A stretch of DNA of 58,488 bases, the filler included, from Basidioascus undulatus (taxonomy: Eukaryota), in NCBI GenBank assembly GCA_000826855.1. It is 4 parts of 4 records of this genome, joined end to end, with 100 filler letters (N's around TTAATTAATTAA, not from the genome) between each part and the next. Parts side by side here need not be neighbours in the genome. Positions count along the whole stretch, not along the records: positions 43,956 to 58,488 come from JTLS01000722.1; 3 more parts are not named here. One strand, given 5' to 3'. The notes beneath the pieces were generated by a model. The model saw only the letters and a list, made by a program, of their open reading frames with translations. It was not told the DNA's origin and made no database searches. Below, piece after piece: positions 51,777-58,488 of the stretch (positions are counted from its first letter, which is position 1; the number at the start of each line of letters is the position of its first letter). The position numbers were made by a program, and so were the translations under genes.

Positions 51777-53008
51777 GCGGGGTGCACGGATAGGTGCGTC
51801 TGTGCCATCCGGCGGGGTTTGCAAGGGCCGGACTGCGACGCTGACTTTGGTTTGGGGGGAGGTAGATGCTCACGATAATTTTACGACCTCTTACGCCGTT
51901 TTTTACATGTCTCATGAACCATGCACTTTGCACTGCGCATCATGCTCCCTCACGCTCCGCTGGCCGCTGGTCTCGTTCGCAAACGTGGACGTCGCGCTGG
52001 CGAGCCGAAGCTCATCCTCAACAGGTAGCGCCTTACATCAATCGAGCCCTCACTCACGCTTCACCACCGCCACTTCGTTCTTTCGTTATCGCCTCTCTCG
52101 AGCTCAAGTCGCTCCCTCCCGTTCCCGCGGGCGGGCGGTCTGCTGGGCTCGCCGCGTCGGCATTTACGCAGGGGAAGGGATGCTGCTGAGTGCTGACCGA
52201 CCTCGCTTGCACTCATACGTGGCTCTTGTGTCCGCAATCCTCGTATCGGGCTTGCTGCTTCTCCAGTTCAGTAAAAAAAAAAACTCGCTTGTGTTTGCCA
52301 GCTTCAATTTCTGTTCGACGCCTCGTCTCGACTCTTGTCCCCACGCCCGTTTCGCCTGCGTGCATAGGGGTCTGACACCCGCTCAGTCCACGTCCACCTA
52401 TCTCCCTAATCGCTCATCTCATAGTCTCGCACGCTTTTCCGTGCCGTACTGCACTGTACGCCGCGACTATGTAACACGCAATTAGCTCCGCAGTTTGCCG
52501 ACGACGTGCTTGCGGGGGAGGGGGATATAGGGTGAATATATGGACAAGGAGCTGCGTGGAGCAGTTTGTGCGTTTCTGTACAACTGAAGGCCATGGATGG
52601 GACTGAATATTCTTCTGAATTCCGTCCAATTATTTCTATATCTTGTAGGTGGCGAGAATTCGCCCGGGCGACGCGACTGAGCCCGAGGGCGAAACGGCCT
52701 CAGACGGCAGTGACGCTGTACAAACAAACGCGTCGCGACTCCCTTCCACCCTCCAGCTTTCAGTCGCTCGCTCCTTGCTCCTCGTGACTGCCAGTCGGCA
52801 GTTGCGGTCTGGGCCAGGAGAAAATCTGCCGCTCTCCAAATCCCCTCTTCCCTCCTCACTCCCACAGGCGACTTCCTCGCCACCGCGCAGACGCTCAAGG
52901 TGCGCTGCTGTTTTGCTTCGAGTGGTGGACTGGGATGCTCATGAGCTTGGGTGTCCGATAGTTTTTACAAAGCGCCACACCTTTCTATACGCCGCTACCG
53001 CTCGTATC

Positions 53009-53365
53009 ATGTCCGGCAAGAAGGACGTCAAGGTGTACGGTCTCTCCCCCCCTCTCACCTCACTACCATCCCCTCGCTCTGCCCACTATCCCACTCCCGC
53101 ACCCATCCCTAACCCACTTCCACACAGCGGCGACTCCGTAACCTACAAAATCGGCGCGAATGAGATCGTGGGCACTATCACGGGGCAGGAAGTGCGTCCC
53201 CTCCCCTCCCCCTCCGCATTTTCCCCTCCTTCACCGGCTGTCGTGGATGTGATGTGGGGATAGTGGTGAATTTTGTGGATGGTGGGATTATGGGTAGGAT
53301 AACAGCAAGGGCGAGAAGTGCTGGGTCATCAAGAACGACAATACGGGGAAGGAGACGAAGCGCGT
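53009..53365 (+). CDS. small Hva1/DUF2945-like Tudor-fold protein (last exon not located)
   Basis: Spliced: MSGKKDVKV/GDSVTYKIGANEIVGTITGQE/DNSKGEKCWVIKNDNTGKETK. It is not visible as a single ORF in the track. Confidence 0.6.
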
Positions 53366-54149
53366 ACGTCTCTCTCGAGTCTCGTTTGTCGGCCGTTGGA
53401 GTTGGCCGAGCGAGCAACTGATAGACAAGAGTATCTCTCACGGTTTTGATACGAGTAGGCATTTGACAAGGGTACGTCCACTCCCCTCTCAGACGGCACA
53501 CATGCGGCACTGACCAGCGGGGTGTGGGATCTTCGGGTCTACAGTCCAGAAGGCGTGAGCCTGCGGGGATCGTTCGAGCGTTGCTGCTGAGCTGAGATAG
53601 TGCACTGCATGGATCTACTTTGCTTTGAAGCTCTTTTGGATAGGGCCTTGGGGTGGGTTGATAGAGCGGGAAATGATCAAGCTGTTCTTGCACGACGAAG
53701 GTGCTAGCATGGCCATCTGCACTTCCGAGAGCCGTTCAGTGGATACAGCGTGGGCAAACCGTTTGGAAGGTGCTTTAAGACTAAAATTTTGCACAACGTT
53801 CGCTGCCATGAGCAAATGAGAAAGTGAGAGCCTCGCAGCGTCGCTCTTTCTGAAACGAACGAGACAGGCCTACATTGGTCTGATGCAGAGCGCGGCCTGC
53901 TTCATGTCGATCGGGCCCGTAAATACCCAGCTGTCGAAATTGAAGCTCTTGAGATAAAAGTGGGGTCTCGAGAGCTGGAAAGGAATCACTTGTTCAGTAA
54001 TCAAATACTAGGTTCTTCGAGGTTCCGACTTCCATCCGCCCGTTGCTGGCTTGCGGTCTGCCTCCATCATCTCGACCTATCACGCTCCACTCTGATTCTC
54101 TCGCTTCTCCCAAACCAATCAACTAAGACTTGCACTCACTCGCTGCAGA

Positions 54150-55215
54150 GGTCTTTCTATTCTCGATCAAGCACTACGCCAACACGTTCGTAGACCAGCC
54201 CGTCGTCGTCTCCCTCGAGCTTCCCCTGTCGGCGGGGCAAGTCGCAGCCGACTACCACCGCCGCCTAGGCGGATAACTCTACAAGCCCCCCAACTTCGTG
54301 CACCTCAGCTTCCACTGGCATCTGGCGCCTGAGTTGCCCCACCGCGGCTTCGGCGTCGACAGCGCGCACAGGGACATCGTCCTCGTCCTCCGGTGCGAGC
54401 AAACCCAGCTGACGGTTTTCCACTTGTCGCCGGAAATTCGCCCTTAGCGCCAGGTCATCAGTTTCGTGCCCGGAGGCGACCCGCAAACGGTGGTGAGGAT
54501 GGTGGAGGCTATGTCTTCAAGGCTCGCGGGTCTTCACCTGTGGAGCTCAGCTCCAAGAGCGAAAGATCTCGCTTATTATCCGGACTCTGGCGTTGGATTA
54601 CTCGGAATGTCTGCGAGCAGGTCCATCACTTTCCGCCTGCCGAGTACCCCAGATACCTGCCTCTGAACACGCTGTGGCTGCAGAGACACCAGCCAGATCT
54701 TTGTTCCTCATTTTCCTTCCTCGCTCCCCTTTCCGGTCAGACTGGATCTTGGCGATATATCCTCCATCCCCGCCCGCGACGCCGCAGGCCGGCGTTCCGT
54801 CCTGGCCACACTGCCCCACCTGTACACCGTCCAGGTGCTCGAAAAGCCAGCCAGGGAATGGCTGCAGACGGACGCCTCAGGCAGACTTCTCTCCCCGCAG
54901 ATCACCGAAGACAGTCACCGCGCTCTCATCCGCGCCCGTCGGCTCGGCTGCCCGCAGGGGTAGCTGATGAGTTTGGTGCTGAGCGCCGCTGCCGCTACTG
55001 GGGACGTATCCGGACCTCGCCATATCAGAATCCCGTCGACGCGCGACTCACTGCAGCCACCCTTTTCGAGCCTGGAACGATACGTTGGGATCGGGTGGAT
55101 GTGCGAAGTCTGTAGGGAGCCTGCGGACAAGGCATGCCAGCGCTGCAAAGGGGCGACGTACTGTGGGGAGGAGCATCAGACGATGGAACTGGGCGAGAAC
55201 CCATAAGAAGGTGCG
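54150..55215 (+). pseudogene. degenerate MYND zinc-finger gene
   Basis: CEVC..ACQRCKGATYCGEEHQ at 55102-55180, with the terminal W-ART-HKK in a shifted frame. Upstream coding-like sequence has stops. Confidence 0.7.
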
Positions 55216-57960
55216 TTTGCCGGATTCTCACTGCTGTGCAATATGATCTACTGCGTCCTCATCTGATCACCGCTTCCTTACCCCTTTCAGTAGTGCAAGG
55301 CTCACGCTCTCCCGAAGTAAGTCGGTGCTCGACCTATACAATTTCCTTTCTTCGGCATACTGTTTCCTATCGTCCCTGCTGTCGAGTGTGGAACTTTTCA
55401 AAGATAACGCCCGAGTACTTGCTAGCCCAACTTGGAAGACTTCAGAATGCAGACTTCGGTACTGCTTTGTTTCGAGTGTCGCTAGTCACCCAACCGATTG
55501 AGTTGCTTCCCGCTCTAACAGACTCCGGATTTCACCTCTTTTTTCCCTCAGAAGGAAGCCCTTGCTGAGAGGGTGGCCATCAACCCTTTCTCTGTTGTCA
55601 CGATTCCCCAAATCCCTACCTTTCGACGAATTTAACCACAATGGTAGGCTGTAATCCTTCACAGATACACGGTTCCTGTACTGACTTGCAGTGAAGATCG
55701 CCGTCCCGTCGACAACTGCCACTCGATTGAGTGCGAGTTGATCGAAACTTTTGAAGACACGTACGTAACGTGTATCTTGATTTGCAAGACAGGAGCGAAG
55801 TCGAACTCTTTGTATAGATCAAGGCCCTTCCGATTCATGCAACGGTTCATTCTCATCGGTCCTGCCGCGTTGATTTCACTTGTTCTCTTGAGCTGAAGCT
55901 TTCCTTGAATGAAGCAATCGTTACGAACAAGTGTTCTCAAGGCGTCTTGGACGTCGAAATATGAAATGAAGCTTCAGGATCGTCAGAAGAGATCCTAGCG
56001 CCGGCAGCGGCGCAGTCTCTCGGTCCGTCCCTAAGCACATGCAGAAACACGGCATGCGCCTCGCTCCCTCGTAAGAGCACCTTGACGGTCAGTGGCACGT
56101 GGTACCAGGGATTGTTCGAGAGTCTCTGAAATTAGTGCGAGCAAGTGCGAGCGTTCTGACAGGATCATGATACTCGTCCACTGCGAGTGCAGCTGGACTG
56201 TTTGTTGCGAGTGCAACTGCTTGTCGGATACACAATCAGTATGCTTTGCTCCACAACGGAACCCCTTTCGTATTTTGGATAAACAGGTAATAAACAGATT
56301 GGGTCGAAAGTTCAAGCGGATCAAAATGCCGACCGACTGTCCTATCATTCTGAACTTTGCAAGCCTGCTGCCGCGCGTCCATCGCAGCGTTCCGGAAGGC
56401 TGCGGCGGACCCTTCGTATTCCCATTTCACAGCACCGTGTTGTTGAGAAACCTTGGAATATTCCTGCCCAGAATCTCGCCACTCTTACATTCCGAACAAC
56501 GTGCTTGTGCCGGCGGCACAGCTGGGCAACGATATAAAGACTGAACCGTTCCAGCGAGCTGCCTTGCCCATCTCCATCCACCATCTTTTCGCCACCACAA
56601 GCGATACACCCTCCAACTCCTTCAGCACTCTTATTCACCATGGTGCGTCTGTCTCCACGTACACCTGGGGCAAAAGTGGGTGGTCTGACTCTCGCTCGCT
56701 TGTAGTTCGCCGCCATCTTCAACCTGGTCAACCGCGATGGCGATGGGCACACGTGCGAGACGTGAGTATATTGCATTTGATTCGGAGGGGGTATGGGCTT
56801 AGGGTTGATGGTTGATGGTTGATGGTGGGAACAGCTGCGACGACCCGAACTGCACCTGCTCCGGCTGCGGCCACTGAGCAGCGACGCCGCCGACCCAAGT
56901 CCCCTTCGATGAATCAAAGCCACCGTTCACGCTTTGAGCTGCATGTCCCTTTCTTTTGTCCACACACCCCTCTTTGCACCGAGACTGTTCCTGTACTCTG
57001 CACTTTTGGTTGGATGGTGAATGTCAATGTTGTTCAGCGAACTTCGGCCTGCATGGCCTGGCTGGCTGGTTGGCCAGGTGATGCTTTGTCACTGTCACGG
57101 GAAAGGGCTCCTCTATCCAACATTCAAAAAGAAAATGGGTACCATTTTAAAGACCCTCTTTCCTCGCAAGTCCTGTACTCCTGGGTGATTCCCCAGTGTC
57201 GGTTGCAGGAGCGACCCGACCGTTAACGTTCCTATCAAAGTTTTATCAGACTGGTTTGCCGATGTTGTAACATTTATCCTCTTCAGGGAGGCAACAGTAT
57301 CCCATATGGAACAAGTAAGCCTGGTCCGTACAGAGTTCCGGAATGCACACGTCGGCATTGGTAGCGCGAAGCCCAGCCAGCACACACCCTTGCCAGTTGT
57401 TAAGGGGCTCATTCTTCTGCATTTTCACAGCCAGGCAAGGGCTGACAAACTTGAAGGCACGATTAAACCTAAAAATTCACCTGTCCGGAAAAAAGATAGG
57501 AAATTATCCCAGCCGTCTGTGGTCGGTGGCGGAAGTCAATCTCTCGCAGGCCCACGCAACAGCAGCGCTTCCGGCATTCCATCCTCGTCTTTTCCACCAA
57601 TCTATATGAAGAGGCCCGAAGGAAGTTCTTCCAAAAAAAAACCTAGTCAACTAAAGGGGTAGTTGTGGACTTTTGTGGGGGTCGATGAGATGACTACCTC
57701 AGCACCAGCGCTCGACGTTGTGTTTCAGACTGTGGGCCTCAGTACTTCTGCCTCGCTTCCGCCCACAGACATTCTCGCTCGTTTTTCGAGCTACTCCAGT
57801 GTGGCATCTCCTCAATCTAACTACCCTGTACATGAATGTCTTCGCCACCAAGTGCTGGGGTATAAGAAGGGGGTCGACCCCCGGAACGCAACTCTCCCTC
57901 ACTCACTCCCATCCACACTCCCTATTCAGCTTTCACCACTACACGAACGATTTCACCAAG

Positions 57961-58488
57961 ATGTTCCCCATAGCCATCCTCCGCCACTTCATCCCCGCCC
58001 CATTCCGCACCGAGCTCCACGCTATCGTGGCCCTCGTGAGCGAGTTCCTCCCCCTCGGCTCTCTTTCGTCGTTCGCCGCGCAGATCGACTCTAGGATCGT
58101 CGAGCCGTCGGGGGGAATTAGAGTGAGTTGAACCCCGCTCTCCTGATTTCTTTCCTTCTCAGACGGTGCGCTGACTAGCTTGTTCCCTCACACAGCGGCC
58201 CACGACGGACTGGGACGAGGTCGTCCGCATCCTGGAGTCTCAGGTCAACGACCCGGCATTCCAGGCCGAGTGGGCTTGGGTGAGTCTTACTCATATTACC
58301 CAACATAAAAACGAACCCTCCCTCACACGCGCCAACACAACCACAGCTCTTGACCCTTCCACCCGTGGCTTCCGTCGAGCCGGCCCAGCGCACCTCCTGC
58401 TTCGCTCCCGACGTGCTCTCACCGTCCCCGAGCGCCTCCTACTCACCTTCCACCGTTGACGACTACGAGGAACCTATCCTCTCGGCTG
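57961..58488 (+). CDS. hypothetical protein, 3' partial
   Basis: MFPIAILRHF.../RPTTDWDEVVRILESQVNDPAFQAEWAW/LLTLPP..., with two GTGAGT...CAG introns. Confidence 0.55.

Noticed and set aside
1..58488. The many overlapping Arg/Pro/Gly-rich ORFs; also tRNA, rRNA, CRISPR and intact transposons
   Set aside because: The ORFs are shadow frames of GC-rich exons. I saw no RNA-gene folds, repeat-spacer arrays, terminal repeats or RT/transposase motifs by eye.

Overview
This is intron-rich, GC-rich fungal DNA, most consistent with a basidiomycete and probably Pucciniomycotina-like (inferred from the short GT-AG introns, microexons and gene content). It is not one locus. It is four contigs of 14556, 14555, 14544 and 14533 nt joined by artificial 100-nt N44-TTAATTAATTAA-N44 linkers, apparently sorted by size, so linkage across the gaps carries no information. 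Apparently intact genes: GH5 exo-beta-1,3-glucanase (5' partial), AVT1-like vacuolar amino-acid transporter, Pmp3/Sna3-like protein, a coiled-coil protein, DNMT1-type C5 DNA methyltransferase, NCS1 purine-cytosine permease, OST3/OST6, MET12-type MTHFR, calcipressin and a small Hva1/Tudor-like protein. These sit among many broken genes. A Cep57/Ppc89-like 3' end is joined back-to-back to a WD40 3' end, a helicase-less UPF1 is joined inside an intron to an RCC1-like 3' half, and there are frameshifted or truncated IPK, TPR-SET, F-box, MYND, GH16 and M20 peptidase pieces. The most notable details are a 9-nt microexon carrying the DNMT catalytic Pro-Cys, deletion-type fusions of conserved genes (real decay or chimeric assembly), and CpG-poor relics beside the DNMT gene. 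I found no rRNA, tRNA, CRISPR array or intact transposon, and I cannot support a new multi-gene system. All gene models were spliced and translated by eye.
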